A program made the position numbers and the translations under genes. The notes below the pieces were generated by a model, which was not told where the DNA came from, ran no database searches, and worked only from the letters and a program-made list of their open reading frames with translations. From assembly GCA_040002845.1 (NCBI GenBank), contig JBDUDR010000001.1, positions 8,678 through 72,677 of the forward strand: a DNA stretch of 64,000 bases. Reading direction: 5' to 3'. Numbering within the stretch: the stretch's first letter is position 1; each line of letters opens with the position of its first letter. The stretch comes from Nocardioidaceae bacterium (GTDB lineage: Bacteria; Actinomycetota; Actinomycetes; Propionibacteriales; Nocardioidaceae). Below, one piece after another: positions 39,506 through 54,302 of the stretch.

Positions 39506-40117
39506 ATGAGTTCTGCCTTACCTGGCGCAGATCCCGGCGCCCTCCACACCGACGCTCGGCTGGTGCTCGACCGCCCCGACATCGTCCGGGCGCTGACCCG
39601 GATCGCCCATGAGATCCTCGAAAGCAACAAGGGTCCGCAGAATCTGGTCCTGCTGGGGATCCCGACACGAGGTGTCCCGCTCGCGCGGCGGATAGCCGCT
39701 CGCATCGCCGACGCGGGGGGCACCCAGGTCCCGGTGGGGTCACTCGACGTCACCATGTACCGCGACGACCTCAGACTTCGACCTGCACGCACCCTTGTAC
39801 ATACAGTGATCCCTGGCTCTGGGCTGGACGGCGCAGTCGTGGTCCTGGTCGACGACGTGCTGTTCTCCGGGCGCACGATCCGCGCCGCTCTCGACGCCAT
39901 CAACGACGTGGGCCGCCCCAGCGTGGTGCGGGTCGCTGTACTGGTCGATCGAGGTCATCGTGAGCTGCCGATCCGGGCTGACTTCGTCGGCAAGAACCTT
40001 CCAACCGCGCTGGGTGAGAAGGTCTCCGTGCTCCTCGAGGAGTACGACCAGAGGGATGCCGTGGTGATCCACCCCGAACCGGTGTCACCCCGAGCACGGG
40101 ACGAGGGGCTGTCATGA
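39506..40117 (+). CDS. pyrR: bifunctional pyr operon regulator / uracil phosphoribosyltransferase PyrR
   Basis: PRPP-binding motif [18 protein letters not shown]. First gene of the pyr operon. Confidence 0.9.
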   Translation: MSSALPGADPGALHTDARLVLDRPDIVRALTRIAHEILESNKGPQNLVLLGIPTRGVPLARRIAARIADAGGTQVPVGSLDVTMYRDDLRLRPARTLVHTVIPGSGLDGAVVVLVDDVLFSGRTIRAALDAINDVGRPSVVRVAVLVDRGHRELPIRADFVGKNLPTALGEKVSVLLEEYDQRDAVVIHPEPVSPRARDEGLS

Positions 40118-41088
40118 AGCGGCATCTGCTCAGCAGCGCGGACCTCACCCGGGACGACGCGACGCTGGTGCTCGACACCGCGGAGGAGATGCGGTCGCTG
40201 GCCGATCGGCCGATCAAGAAGCTGCCGACCTTGCGGGGCCGCACCGTGGTCAACCTGTTCTTCGAGGACTCCACTCGCACCCGCATCTCCTTCGAGGCGG
40301 CAGCCAAGCGGCTTTCCGCGGACGTCATCAACTTCTCCGCCAAGGGGTCGAGTCTGTCCAAGGGCGAGAGCCTGAAGGACACCGCGCTCACACTCGAGGC
40401 AATGGGCGCCGATGTGGTGGTGGTCCGGCATCACGCCGCCGGTGCGCCTCATCGGCTCGCCAACAGCGGCTGGGTGCGCAGCAGCGTCGTCAACGCGGGC
40501 GACGGCACTCACGAGCACCCGACCCAGGCACTGCTCGACGCATTCACCATGCGCCGCCACCTCGACAGCCTGGAGGGCCGCCGGATCGCGATCGTCGGGG
40601 ACGTGCTCCACAGCCGGGTCGCACGATCGAACGCACTGCTGCTGGCCATCCTGGGCGCCGAGGTCACGCTGGTCGCGCCACCCACCTTGCTGCCGTTGGG
40701 CGTGGGCAGCTGGCCGGTGGAGACCTCGTACGACCTCGACCAGGTGCTGCCCAAGGCAGACGCGGTGATGATGCTTCGCGTGCAACGTGAGCGGATGAAC
40801 GCCGCGTTCTTCCCCAGCGCCCGCGAGTACAGCCGGCGGTACGGCCTGGACGCCCGACGGTTCGGACTGCTGCCTGATCACGCGCTCGTGCTGCATCCGG
40901 GGCCGATGAACCGTGGCATGGAGATCTCGGCTGAGGTGGCAGACAGCGACCGCTCGGTGATCGTCGAGCAGGTGAGCAACGGTGTCGCCATCCGGATGGC
41001 GGTGCTCTATCTGCTGCTCGGAGGCAACGACTTCGCGGACGGCGCCTCCATGGAAACCTCGCCGGCGAACTCGGAGGACGACGCGTGA
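40114..41088 (+). CDS. pyrB: aspartate carbamoyltransferase catalytic subunit
   Basis: [13 protein letters not shown] and HPGPMNRG motifs. The start overlaps the pyrR stop. Confidence 0.95.
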   Translation: MKRHLLSSADLTRDDATLVLDTAEEMRSLADRPIKKLPTLRGRTVVNLFFEDSTRTRISFEAAAKRLSADVINFSAKGSSLSKGESLKDTALTLEAMGADVVVVRHHAAGAPHRLANSGWVRSSVVNAGDGTHEHPTQALLDAFTMRRHLDSLEGRRIAIVGDVLHSRVARSNALLLAILGAEVTLVAPPTLLPLGVGSWPVETSYDLDQVLPKADAVMMLRVQRERMNAAFFPSAREYSRRYGLDARRFGLLPDHALVLHPGPMNRGMEISAEVADSDRSVIVEQVSNGVAIRMAVLYLLLGGNDFADGASMETSPANSEDDA

Positions 41089-42371
41089 CCGCATATCGGA
41101 TCAGTGGCCCATCGATCTTGGGGGAGAAGCCGACGGACCTGATGATCCGCGACGGTGTCGTGGCAGCCATCGGCCACGACGCGTCATCCGGGAAGGCGGA
41201 GTCGATCGACGCGGCGGGCCTGGTGGCGCTGCCGGGCCTGGTCGACCTCCACACCCATCTGCGGGAGCCCGGCCGCGAAGACGCGGAGACGGTGGAGTCC
41301 GGCACCCGGGCGGCGGCCAGCGGCGGGTTCACGTGCGTGCACGCGATGGCTAACACCGATCCGGTCGCCGACACAGCGGGCGTGGTCGAGCAGGTCTGGC
41401 GCCTCGGCCGGGAGGCCGGCTACTGCGATGTGCGGCCGGTAGGCGCGGTCACTGTCGGGCTGGGTGGCCAGCGGCTGGCCGAGCTCGGCGCGATGGCCGA
41501 CTCGGTGGCGCGAGTGCGCGTGTTCTCCGACGACGGGAGCTGCGTCTCCGACGCGGTGTTGATGCGACGGGCACTGGAGTACGTCAAGGCGTTCGACGGT
41601 GTCATTGCCCAGCATGCGCAGGAGCCGAGGCTCACCGAGGATGCCCAGATGAACGAGGGTGAGCTGTCGGGGGTGTTGGGAATGCGCGGCTGGCCGGCCG
41701 TCGCGGAGGAGGCGATCATTGCCCGCGATGCCCTGCTGGCCGCTCATGTGAGCTCACGACTGCACGTCTGTCACGTGTCGACCGCCGGTTCGGTCGAGAT
41801 CGTACGTTGGGCAAAGGGCAAGGGCTGGAACGTCACAGCAGAGGTGACTCCCCACCATCTGCTGCTGACTGACGAGATGGCGGCCACCTACGACCCGCTC
41901 TACAAGGTCAACCCACCGCTGCGAACGCGGGTGGATGTCGAGGCCCTGCGCGCGGGTCTGGCTGACGGGACGATCGACGTGGTAGCCACCGATCACGCGC
42001 CGCACCCGGCTGAGGACAAGGAATGTGAGTGGGCGGCGGCAGCCTCCGGCATGCTCGGTCTCGAGACCGCCCTCACGGTCGTCCAGGAGACGATGGTCGA
42101 CACGGGCCTGCTGGACTGGGCCGGCGTCGCCGACCGGATGTCGGCGCGACCTGCACGGATCGGCCGCGTCAGCGACCACGGCCACCCGATCGCCGTGGGC
42201 GCGCCGGCCAACCTGGTGCTGTATGACCCGTCGGTTCGCCGTCGGGTCGACCCGGCGGAGCTGGCCTCACTGTCCCGGAACACGCCCTATGCCCACCTGA
42301 GCCTGCCCGGTGCGGTCGTGACCACCTTCCTGCGAGGCAAACCCACGGTCCTCGATGGGAAGCTCCAGTGA
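41085..42371 (+). CDS. pyrC: dihydroorotase
   Basis: [11 protein letters not shown] and ATDHAPH motifs. 428 aa. Confidence 0.9.
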   Translation: MTAYRISGPSILGEKPTDLMIRDGVVAAIGHDASSGKAESIDAAGLVALPGLVDLHTHLREPGREDAETVESGTRAAASGGFTCVHAMANTDPVADTAGVVEQVWRLGREAGYCDVRPVGAVTVGLGGQRLAELGAMADSVARVRVFSDDGSCVSDAVLMRRALEYVKAFDGVIAQHAQEPRLTEDAQMNEGELSGVLGMRGWPAVAEEAIIARDALLAAHVSSRLHVCHVSTAGSVEIVRWAKGKGWNVTAEVTPHHLLLTDEMAATYDPLYKVNPPLRTRVDVEALRAGLADGTIDVVATDHAPHPAEDKECEWAAAASGMLGLETALTVVQETMVDTGLLDWAGVADRMSARPARIGRVSDHGHPIAVGAPANLVLYDPSVRRRVDPAELASLSRNTPYAHLSLPGAVVTTFLRGKPTVLDGKLQ

Positions 42372-43512
42372 CCATCGCACCGGCGCTGCTGGTCTTGGAG
42401 GACGGCCGTGCATTCCACGGTGAGTCGTTCGGCGCCCCCGGCGAGACGTTCGGTGAGGCGGTGTTCGCGACCGGGATGACCGGTTATCAGGAGACCCTCA
42501 CGGACCCGTCCTACCACCGTCAGGTCGTCGTGATGACTGCCCCTCACGTCGGCAACACGGGCATGAACGACGAGGACGCCGAGTCGTCGCGGATCTGGGT
42601 TGCGGGTTATGTCGTACGCGATCCCGCCCGGGTCGCATCCAGCTGGCGGTCGTTGCGCAGCCTGGATGATGAGCTGCGGGAGGACGGGGTCGTCGGCATC
42701 TCCGGTGTCGACACGAGGGCGCTGACCAGGCACCTGCGGGAGCGAGGTGCCATGCGCGTCGGCATCTCGACGACCGAGAGCAACCCGGCCGCGCTGTTGG
42801 GGAAGGTGCTGGCGCAGCCCGCGATGACAGGTGCCTCGCTGGCCGGAGAGGTCACCACGACGGAGTCGTACGTCGTCCCGGCCCGTCGACAGAGGCGGTT
42901 CACCGTGGCAGCACTCGATCTGGGGATCAAGTCGATGACGCCTCGACTGATGTCCGAACGGGGGATGGAAGTGCACGTCCTGCCCGGGACGGTGACAGTC
43001 CGAGGGTTGCTGTCGGTGAAGCCGGACGGCGTTTTCTTCTCCAACGGACCAGGTGATCCCGCGACAGCAGACCATGCAGTCGAGCTACTCCGGGAGGTGC
43101 TCGCCCGGCGCATTCCGTACTTCGGCATCTGCTTCGGGAACCAGGTGTTCGCGCGAGCCCTTGGGCTGGCCACCTACAAGCTCACGTACGGCCATCGCGG
43201 CCTCAACCAACCTGTCCTGGACTGTTTGACCGGCACCGTCGAGGTGACGGCCCACAACCACGGGTTCGCGGTCGCCTGGACCGGCGACGCGCGCCCCTAT
43301 GAGCCGGTGCCGACTCCTTACGGACTTGCCGAAGTGACCCATGTGTGCCTCAACGACGATGTCATCGAGGGGTTACGTCTCGTCGATGCCCCTGCCTTCA
43401 GCGTCCAGTACCACCCGGAGGCAGCTGCCGGCCCCCATGATGCGACTCACCTGTTCGACCGTTTTGCCAGCCTCATGGCCAACACGCCAGGACCTCCGGA
43501 CAGGGGCTACTA

Positions 43513-43513
<1 letters not shown>
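42368..43513 (+). CDS. carA: carbamoyl-phosphate synthase small (glutaminase) subunit
   Basis: GICFGNQ catalytic Cys and HNHGFAV motifs. Confidence 0.95.
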
Positions 43514-46844
<3,331 letters not shown>

Positions 46845-46848
<4 letters not shown>

Positions 46849-47753
46849 GCGTGGGTTCACGTACCGCACAGATCGAGTCCGCGCGGTTGCGCGCGGGTCC
46901 GTTGCAAGTGGCTGGAACGGTGCTCAGTATCAAGCGAGTCGGGGACTACCACCACCTGACGATGGTCGCGGCTGGGATCGCCGAGCGAACCCAGCCGGGC
47001 AGCTTCGTCGCGCTGGCCGTTGGCGGCGCGCACTCCGCGATGTTGCTGAGACGCGCCTTCTCCATCTATCGAGTGCGCAGCAGCGGGGTCTACGGGGGCA
47101 CCGTCGAGATCGTGTTCGCCACTTTGGGCAAGGGAACCGAGGCATTGTCCCGGCTCCGGCCGAACGACCCGATCGACGTGCTCGGCCCGCTCGGGCGCCC
47201 CTTCGCCTTACCGAAGCAGGCGGTGCCGTGCGTACTCGTGGGCGGAGGTTACGGGAGCGCTCCGTTGTTCGGTCTCGCTGAGCGGCTTCGGGACCGGCAC
47301 TGTCAGGTTCACATGGTGCTGGGCGCCGCGACAGCGAGCCGCCTGTTCGGCGCCTTGGAGGCCAAGCGGGCCGCTCAGTCTGTGCTGGTGACCACTGAGG
47401 ACGGCTCGGTCGGGATACGCGGCCGGGTCACGGACGCGTTGCCAGACCTGATCGACCGCACCGCCGCGCAGGTGGTCTATTCCTGCGGCCCGATGGGCAT
47501 GCTGGCGGCTGTGACCGAGGTCGCGCTCGCGCACGGCGCGTGGAGCCAGACGGCTGTCGAGGAGTCGATGGCCTGTGGTGTCGGAGTCTGCATGACCTGC
47601 GTGCTGCCGGTGATCGGGGACGACGGTGTCACGCGAATGGTGCGCTCATGTGTGGAAGGTCCGGTCTTCCGCGGTGAACGCGTGCGCTGGGACGCCGTTG
47701 GGACCGTCCCGGTCGACACCTTGGGTGCGCCCAGGGGAGGCCGGCACGGATGA
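46845..47753 (+). CDS. pyrK: dihydroorotate dehydrogenase B electron-transfer subunit
   Basis: ORF 46728..47753. ATG 46845 overlaps the carB TGA. FAD/NAD-binding fold and C-terminal 2Fe-2S Cys pattern CGVGVCMTC...SC. Confidence 0.85.
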
Positions 47754-48709
47754 CCATGCTGGAGGCATCTGGCGTCGACCTGACCACGTCCGTGGCCGGG
47801 GCCACGCTGCCCAACCCGGTCATGACGGCCTCGGGCTGCGCAGCGTCGGGTCGCGAACTCCACCAGTTCTTCGATGTGGCCGATCTCGGAGCCGTCGTGA
47901 CCAAGTCGATCATGCTGGACCCGAGGTCGGGCCGCCCGATCCCCAGAATGGCCGAGACCCCGTCGGGCATGCTCAACTCGATCGGTCTGCAGGGACCAGG
48001 CATCGATGCGTTCTTGGCGACCGACCTGCCATGGCTGCTGCAGCACCGGGCTCGGCCAGTCGTGTCGATCGCGGGCTCGAGTCTGGGGGAGTACGCCGAG
48101 CTTGCACGCCGGGTCGGAAACGACCCGGGAGTGACCGCTGTCGAAGTCAACATATCCTGCCCCAATGTCGAGAACAGGGGTCTGGTGTTCGCCTGTGACC
48201 CGTATCAGGCAGCCAAGGTCGTTTCCGTGGTGTGTCGAGAGACGCCACGCGGGGTTCCTGTCCTTGCCAAGCTGTCACCCGATGTCACCAGCATCGTCGA
48301 CATCGCCTCGTCGGTTATGGAGGCCGGCGCGTCCGGCCTCACCCTCATCAACACGCTGCTCGGCCTGGCGATCGACCCCGGCACCATGCGTCCGGTCCTG
48401 GCCGGGGTGACAGGCGGACTGTCCGGTCCGGCGATCCGCCCGGTCGCCCTACGCGCGGTGTGGCAGGTGCATGAGGCGATGCCCGACGTGTCCATCGTGG
48501 GGGTTGGCGGGATCCGTACCGGACGTGACGCCTTGGAGTTCATGTTGGCTGGGGCCTGTGCCGTCCAGGTAGGCACCGTGATCTTCAATGATCCGTCCGC
48601 GCCCATCCGCATCGTGCACGAGCTGGCAGACGAGCTCGCCGCGCGAGGCTTCGCAAAGGCCGCGGACGCTGTCGGGCTCGCCCACCTGGCTCGATCCGGG
48701 AGGCCATGA
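47750..48709 (+). CDS. pyrD: dihydroorotate dehydrogenase, class 1B catalytic subunit
   Basis: NISCPN active-site Cys motif, GGLSGPAIRP. It is coupled to pyrK. Confidence 0.9.
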   Translation: MTMLEASGVDLTTSVAGATLPNPVMTASGCAASGRELHQFFDVADLGAVVTKSIMLDPRSGRPIPRMAETPSGMLNSIGLQGPGIDAFLATDLPWLLQHRARPVVSIAGSSLGEYAELARRVGNDPGVTAVEVNISCPNVENRGLVFACDPYQAAKVVSVVCRETPRGVPVLAKLSPDVTSIVDIASSVMEAGASGLTLINTLLGLAIDPGTMRPVLAGVTGGLSGPAIRPVALRAVWQVHEAMPDVSIVGVGGIRTGRDALEFMLAGACAVQVGTVIFNDPSAPIRIVHELADELAARGFAKAADAVGLAHLARSGRP

Positions 48710-48712
48710 GCG

Positions 48713-49561
48713 ATGCAGCCGTTCGGCACGCGTCTACAGCGTGCCATGGCCGAGCGTGGCCGCTTGTGTGTGGGTCTCGACCCTCATCCGGGGCTGCTGC
48801 GCGAGTGGGGCCTCTCCGACGATGCCGCAGGTCTGGAGCGCTTCACCTTGACCATGGTGGCTGCGGTGGGCGATGTGGTGGCGGTGCTGAAGCCGCAGTC
48901 GGCATTCTTCGAACGCCACGGCTCAGCGGGCATCGCGGTCTTGGAGCGAACCATCGTCGCGGCCCGCTCGGCCGGGGCTCTCGTACTCCTCGACGTCAAA
49001 CGCGGAGACATCGGTTCAACGGCTCAGGCCTACGCCGACGCCTACCTCGATCCATCGTCGTCGCTGGCCTCCGACGCCGTGACCGCGAGCCCGTTTCTCG
49101 GGATTGGCGCCCTGGATCCCATCATCGACGCGGCGCTGCTGCACCGAGCCGGTGTGTTCGTGCTGGCGCTCACCTCCAACCTTGAGGGCCGCTCTGTGCA
49201 GCAGGCTCGGGCCGCTTCGGGCACAACCGTGGCCGGCGAGATCCTCTCGGCCATCGCCGGTCGCAACGCGGCGACCACCTCGCTCGGATCGATCGGCGCC
49301 GTGGTCGGCGCAACCATCGGTTCCACCAACGAGAACCTCGAGGTCAACGGGCCATTGCTGGTGCCGGGCATCGGCGCGCAGGGCGGAACGCTGGCCGATC
49401 TGCCTCGCATCTTCCGCGGGGCCGTCCGCAACGTCCTCCCCTCATCGTCACGTGCGCTGATGCGGGGCGGACCTAGCACCGCTGCCCTGCGGCAGGCGGT
49501 AGCTCAGACCGTGGGAGCGGCGGATTCGCTACTCGGGCGACCGGACTGCCCACAGGCCTGA
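48713..49561 (+). CDS. pyrF: orotidine 5'-phosphate decarboxylase (type 2)
   Basis: LCVGLDPH and DVKRGDIGST motifs. ~280 aa, the actinobacterial type. Confidence 0.9.
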   Translation: MQPFGTRLQRAMAERGRLCVGLDPHPGLLREWGLSDDAAGLERFTLTMVAAVGDVVAVLKPQSAFFERHGSAGIAVLERTIVAARSAGALVLLDVKRGDIGSTAQAYADAYLDPSSSLASDAVTASPFLGIGALDPIIDAALLHRAGVFVLALTSNLEGRSVQQARAASGTTVAGEILSAIAGRNAATTSLGSIGAVVGATIGSTNENLEVNGPLLVPGIGAQGGTLADLPRIFRGAVRNVLPSSSRALMRGGPSTAALRQAVAQTVGAADSLLGRPDCPQA

Positions 49562-49673
49562 TGCAACGCCACTCAAAGCACCGCTGCCGGATTCGCTGAA
49601 AGTCGAGCTCCGATCAGGCATGATGCAGGCGTGCATGCGAGAGTACGCATGGACCATGAGAGAGGAAACCCCA

Positions 49674-50204
49674 ATGAAGCGCATGATCGGCGCGTGCGCC
49701 GTGGCCGTCCTTACCTTTGGCTCGCTGACCGCCTGCGGCGGCGGCAGCGATAACAGCAGCGCCAACGCCAGTGACAGCAGCAGCACGGGCGACAACAGCG
49801 GCGGCGGGATCTTCGGCGGTGGCGGCACCGACGACTACTGCTCGGCCATCAAGGACGCAAAGGACCAGTTCGGGAGCGTCAACTTCAAGGCAGCCGACCT
49901 CGGCGATGCAGTGAACGTGATCCACAACCTTGCTGGGCAGGCTCCGGACAGCGTCTCCGCCGAATGGGCCACCATTGACGACGCGTTCAGCCAGCTGATC
50001 AGCGCCTTGGCCGATGCGGGGCTCGACCCATCAGATCTCGGGGACCCGACCGCCATGCAGAGCCTGGCCTCAGACCCGCAAAAGCTGCAGGAGCTCGAGA
50101 ACATCACAAAGAGCTTCAACAGCAAGGACCTGACCCAGGCGGGTAACAAGATCGATGCCGAGGTCAAGGCCGACTGCGGCTTCGCCCTGAGCAGCCCAAA
50201 CTAG
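49674..50204 (+). CDS. hypothetical lipoprotein
   Basis: ORF 49620..50204. ATG 49674 follows GAGAGAGG. Signal peptide with lipobox LTAC, S/G/N-rich linker and two Cys in the mature part. Confidence 0.65.
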   Translation: MKRMIGACAVAVLTFGSLTACGGGSDNSSANASDSSSTGDNSGGGIFGGGGTDDYCSAIKDAKDQFGSVNFKAADLGDAVNVIHNLAGQAPDSVSAEWATIDDAFSQLISALADAGLDPSDLGDPTAMQSLASDPQKLQELENITKSFNSKDLTQAGNKIDAEVKADCGFALSSPN

Positions 50205-50313
50205 GGACGAACGCGGCAGGCACCGCCGACAAGCACGCCGCGGTGCCGGCCGGCTGACACGCCATTGGCCCGGCACGGCGCCGAATGGGATTCCCCCTGT
50301 GTTCGCGAATGCT

Positions 50314-50343
50314 TTGACCTGTGAGCCGAAGGCTCGCTAAGTT
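50314..50343 (+). promoter_or_regulatory. candidate sigma-70-type promoter for mihF (TTGACC-N18-TAAGTT)
   Basis: Sequence match only, ~45 nt upstream of the mihF GTG. Confidence 0.3.
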
Positions 50344-50391
50344 CGCAATGCATCCTGTTTCCCTTCGCCGTCGATCCCGAGGTGACCCAAC

Positions 50392-50712
50392 GTGGCAGTT
50401 CCGCAACTGACACCGCAGCAGCGTCAGGCAGCACTCGAGAAGGCTGCCGCGGCCAGGCGTCAGCGTGCCGAGGTGAAGAACCGCCTGAAGCACTCGGGGA
50501 CCTCGCTCAGCGACGTGCTCGAGATGGGCACCTCCAACGAGGTGATCGGCAAGATGAAGGTGCTCGACCTGCTGCAGTCGATGCCGGGTCTGGGCAAGGT
50601 CCGGGCCAGGCAGTTGATGAACAAGATCGGCATCTCCGAGACCCGTCGGGTGCGCGGGTTGGGCAACAAGCAGGTAGCCGCCCTCCAGGCAGAGTTCGAA
50701 GCTCGCGGATGA
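50392..50712 (+). CDS. mihF: integration host factor MihF
   Basis: GTG follows [35 protein letters not shown] is characteristic of actinobacterial MihF. It lies upstream of gmk-rpoZ. Confidence 0.9.
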   Translation: MAVPQLTPQQRQAALEKAAAARRQRAEVKNRLKHSGTSLSDVLEMGTSNEVIGKMKVLDLLQSMPGLGKVRARQLMNKIGISETRRVRGLGNKQVAALQAEFEARG

Positions 50713-51278
50713 CCCAACCCGCGGGGACGGCACTCCTTACGGTGCTGTCGGGCCCCAGCGGGGTTGGCAAGTCCACGGTGGTGACCGAGCTGCGCCGGAA
50801 CCATCCGGAGGTCTGGGTCTCCGTGTCGGCCACCACCAGATTTCCGCGGCCCGGTGAGATCGACGGCAAGCACTACTACTTCGTGAGCCCGGCGGACTTC
50901 GACAAGCTCGTTGCGGACGGCGCTTTCCTCGAGTGGGCCGAGTTCGCGGGCAACCGGTACGGGACACCGCGGGACCCGGTCCTGAACCAGCTGGCCGACG
51001 GCGTCCCCGTACTGCTCGAAATAGACCTGCAAGGTGCACGAAGCGTGCGCGAGTCGATGCCTGACGCGCAGCTCGTCTTCTTGCGACCGCCGACGTGGGA
51101 TGAACTGGTCAAACGGCTAACCAGGCGTGGCACCGAGGATGACGAGGTGATCGAGCGGCGGCTGGCCGTTGCGCGCGAAGAGCTGGCCCACGAACCGGAG
51201 TTCGACCACACGCTGACCAATACGGATGTGCGCGCGGTTTGCGCTGAGTTGGTAGCCTTGATGATTCCCAGCACCTGA
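50709..51278 (+). CDS. gmk: guanylate kinase
   Basis: ORF 50382..51278 is 5'-extended. ATG 50709 overlaps the mihF TGA. P-loop [12 protein letters not shown] is present. Confidence 0.9.
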   Translation: MTQPAGTALLTVLSGPSGVGKSTVVTELRRNHPEVWVSVSATTRFPRPGEIDGKHYYFVSPADFDKLVADGAFLEWAEFAGNRYGTPRDPVLNQLADGVPVLLEIDLQGARSVRESMPDAQLVFLRPPTWDELVKRLTRRGTEDDEVIERRLAVAREELAHEPEFDHTLTNTDVRAVCAELVALMIPST

Positions 51279-51362
51279 TCGAGCGGGTGGCAGTCTGTCC
51301 GCCGGCCGCGCGTCATGCTGGTCGTCTGCTGTTTTCCGATCCGATCTTGTGAGGCCTAGCGC

Positions 51363-51662
51363 GTGTCCGGCTCCCAGCCTGTTGCCGAGGGCATTACCAA
51401 CCCGCCCATCGACGAGTTGCTCGAAAAGACCGACTCCAAGTACAAACTCGTTCTCTACAGCGCCAAGCGCGCTCGCCAAATCAACGCCTACTACTCTCAG
51501 CTGGGCGAAGGCCTGCTCGAGTACGTCGGCCCGTTGGTGGAGACCCACGTACAGGAGAAGCCGCTGTCGATCGCGCTTCGGGAGATCAACGCCGACCTGT
51601 TGACCTGCGAGGACATCGACCCAGACGCCGAGCCGGATGCCGCGGACTCACCGCAGCTGTGA
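51363..51662 (+). CDS. rpoZ: DNA-directed RNA polymerase subunit omega
   Basis: [29 protein letters not shown] is present. Confidence 0.9.
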   Translation: MSGSQPVAEGITNPPIDELLEKTDSKYKLVLYSAKRARQINAYYSQLGEGLLEYVGPLVETHVQEKPLSIALREINADLLTCEDIDPDAEPDAADSPQL

Positions 51663-51704
51663 CCACGGCCCAGCGGTTGCCGAGACGCTGAGACACTGGC
51701 TGAC

Positions 51705-52946
51705 ATGGATCAGTCACAGACCGTGGACGCGCCTCGCCCGAAGGTGATCCTGGGGGTGGGTGGCGGCATCGCCGCCTACAAGGCGTGCGAGCTGCTGCGC
51801 CGCCTCACCGAGTCCGGGCACGACGTGCGGGTGATCCCTACGGCGGCCGCACTGCGGTTCGTCGGCGAGGCGAGCTGGGCGGCGCTGTCCGGAAACCCCG
51901 TGTCCGACCAGGTGTGGGCCGACGCGCACGAGGTGCCGCATGTGCGTCTGGGACAGACCGCCGGCCTGGTGGTCGTGGCCCCGGCGACCGCCGACCTGCT
52001 GGCGAAGGCGGCTCACGGCCTGGCTGACGATCTGCTGACCAGCACGCTGCTGACTGCGCGTTGCCCGGTGATGTACGCGCCGGCGATGCACTCGGAGATG
52101 TGGGAACACCCTGCGACACAGGACAACGTTGCGATCTTGCGCGAACGAGGCGCCATCGTGCTCGAGCCCGCTACGGGCCGCCTCACTGGTGCCGATACGG
52201 GTCCGGGTCGACTGCCCGAACCTGCCGAGATCTTCGCCTCCGCGCGCCAGCTGCTGACCCGCGGCTCCGTCCACCCCGACCTGGTCGGTCGGCGGGTGGT
52301 TGTCACGGCGGGTGGTACGCGTGAGTTCCTTGATCCCGTGCGGTTCCTTGCGAACCGCTCGTCGGGGCGACAGGGGTTCGCGCTGGCCCGCGCCGCCCTG
52401 GCCCGCGGCGCCGAGGTGACGCTGATCGCGGCTAATGCCTCGATGCCGGATCCGGCGGGGGTCAAGGTGCTCCACGTCGAGACGACCAGCCAGCTCCAGG
52501 ACGCGGTCAACGGGGCCGTCACCGATGCCGACGCGTTGGTGATGGCGGCTGCGCCGGCCGACTTCAGGCCCCGCTCGTCGGCGGACTTCAAGATCAAGAA
52601 GCCCACCGATGGATCCGCACCCGTGATCGAGCTGACCCAGAACCCAGACATCCTCAAGGCCATTTCGCAGCAGCGGCCGAACGGCCACATCGTGGTGGTC
52701 GGTTTCGCCGCGGAGACCGGCGACGATACCGGCAGTGTGCTCGATCATGGCCGGGAGAAGCTCGGCCGCAAGGGCTGTGACCTGCTGGTGGTCAACGACG
52801 TCAGCGGCGGAGCAGTGTTCGGGGCAGACAACAACGCGGCGGTCATCCTCGCCGCCGACGGAACGGCGACCGACGTACCTCTGGGCAGCAAGGACGCCCT
52901 GTCGCACACCGTCTGGGATCTGGTGGCGGCGCGCTGGGCGACCTGA
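51705..52946 (+). CDS. coaBC: bifunctional phosphopantothenoylcysteine decarboxylase / phosphopantothenate--cysteine ligase
   Basis: ILGVGGGIAAYKACELLRRL flavoprotein N-domain and a CoaB C-domain. 413 aa. Confidence 0.9.
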   Translation: MDQSQTVDAPRPKVILGVGGGIAAYKACELLRRLTESGHDVRVIPTAAALRFVGEASWAALSGNPVSDQVWADAHEVPHVRLGQTAGLVVVAPATADLLAKAAHGLADDLLTSTLLTARCPVMYAPAMHSEMWEHPATQDNVAILRERGAIVLEPATGRLTGADTGPGRLPEPAEIFASARQLLTRGSVHPDLVGRRVVVTAGGTREFLDPVRFLANRSSGRQGFALARAALARGAEVTLIAANASMPDPAGVKVLHVETTSQLQDAVNGAVTDADALVMAAAPADFRPRSSADFKIKKPTDGSAPVIELTQNPDILKAISQQRPNGHIVVVGFAAETGDDTGSVLDHGREKLGRKGCDLLVVNDVSGGAVFGADNNAAVILAADGTATDVPLGSKDALSHTVWDLVAARWAT

Positions 52947-53042
52947 TCCCAGCTGTCCGCGCGCTAACGCGGGTGCCTGTCCGATCAGACCGTTAGGCTG
53001 GTCCGCACGAGCGGCACTACCCCGTCTTTCTTGGAGGCTGTC

Positions 53043-54236
53043 TTGGCGCGCCGACTTTTCACCTCTGAGTCCGTCACCGAAGGCCATCCCGACAAGATCG
53101 CCGACCAGATCAGCGACGCGGTGCTCGATGCGTTGATCAAGGACGACCCCACGAGCCGGGTAGCCGTCGAGACCCTCATCACGACGGGGCTGGTGGTGGT
53201 GGCCGGCGAGGTTCGCACCGAGGCATACGCCGACATCGCCTCGATCGTGCGTGAACGCATCATCGACATCGGCTACGACAGCTCATTGAAGGGCTTCGAC
53301 GGCCGCTCCTGCGGCGTGCAGGTGTCGATCGGCTCGCAGTCGGTTGACATCGCCGCCGGGGTCGAGAACGCCCATGAGGAGCGCAGCGGAGGGTCCGTCG
53401 ACGAGCTCGACAGACAGGGTGCAGGCGATCAGGGGTTGATGTTCGGCTACGCCTGCGACGAGACACCGGAGCTGATGCCGCTGCCGATCACGATTGCGCA
53501 GCGGCTCGCTCAGCGACTGTCCGAGGTTCGCAAGGGGGGCACGATGCCCTACCTGCGTCCCGACGGCAAGACGCAGGTCACCATCGAGTACGACGGCGAC
53601 GTCGCCGTTCGTGTCGACACCGTGGTGGTCTCGAGTCAGCATGCCGCCGACATCGACCTCGAGCACCTGCTGACACCCGATGTCCGCAAGCACGTGGTCG
53701 AAGCGGTGCTCGAGAAGTTCGACCTCGACCACAGCGACTACAGGCTGTTGGTCAACCCGACCGGGAGGTTCGAGATCGGTGGCCCGATGGGGGACGCCGG
53801 ACTGACCGGTCGCAAGATCATCATCGACACCTACGGTGGCATGGCCAGGCACGGGGGTGGCGCCTTCAGCGGCAAGGACCCCTCCAAGGTCGACAGGTCC
53901 GGCGCCTACGCAATGCGCTGGGTGGCCAAGAACGTCGTGGCTGCCGGGCTGGCGCGCCGGTGCGAGGTCCAGGTCGCGTACGCGATCGGGAAGGCGCAAC
54001 CGGTCGGCTTCTATGTGGAGTGCTTCGGCACCGAGGTTGTCTCGGTGGAGTCGATCACCGATGCGGTGCTCGCGGTGTTCGACCTGCGGCCGGCCGCCAT
54101 CATCCGTGACCTCGATCTGTTGAGACCCATCTATGCCCAGACCGCGGCCTACGGTCACTTCGGTCGCGAGCTGCCCGACTTCACCTGGGAACGGACCGAC
54201 AAGGTTGACGCGCTACGGGCCGCGACCGGCCTGTAA
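53043..54236 (+). CDS. metK: S-adenosylmethionine synthase
   Basis: ORF 53031..54236. TTG 53043 gives [26 protein letters not shown] (TTG 53031 is an alternative). [10 protein letters not shown] is present. Confidence 0.9.
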   Translation: MARRLFTSESVTEGHPDKIADQISDAVLDALIKDDPTSRVAVETLITTGLVVVAGEVRTEAYADIASIVRERIIDIGYDSSLKGFDGRSCGVQVSIGSQSVDIAAGVENAHEERSGGSVDELDRQGAGDQGLMFGYACDETPELMPLPITIAQRLAQRLSEVRKGGTMPYLRPDGKTQVTIEYDGDVAVRVDTVVVSSQHAADIDLEHLLTPDVRKHVVEAVLEKFDLDHSDYRLLVNPTGRFEIGGPMGDAGLTGRKIIIDTYGGMARHGGGAFSGKDPSKVDRSGAYAMRWVAKNVVAAGLARRCEVQVAYAIGKAQPVGFYVECFGTEVVSVESITDAVLAVFDLRPAAIIRDLDLLRPIYAQTAAYGHFGRELPDFTWERTDKVDALRAATGL

Positions 54237-54302
54237 CCCGGCGCAGGTAGCCCGCTGTGGATGGCGCCTGCGGAGGTGGGTGGAGCATGCTAGGCATACG
54301 CC

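Noticed and set aside
50219-50247. The hairpin GGCACCGC-N13-GCGGTGCC after the lipoprotein gene, as a terminator.
   Set aside because: The stem is only 8 bp with a 13-nt loop and no U-tract, which is too weak to call.
52947-53042. A possible SAM riboswitch upstream of metK.
   Set aside because: I could recognise no SAM-I, SAM-IV or SAM-II conserved core. Only weak 4-5 bp stems are present.
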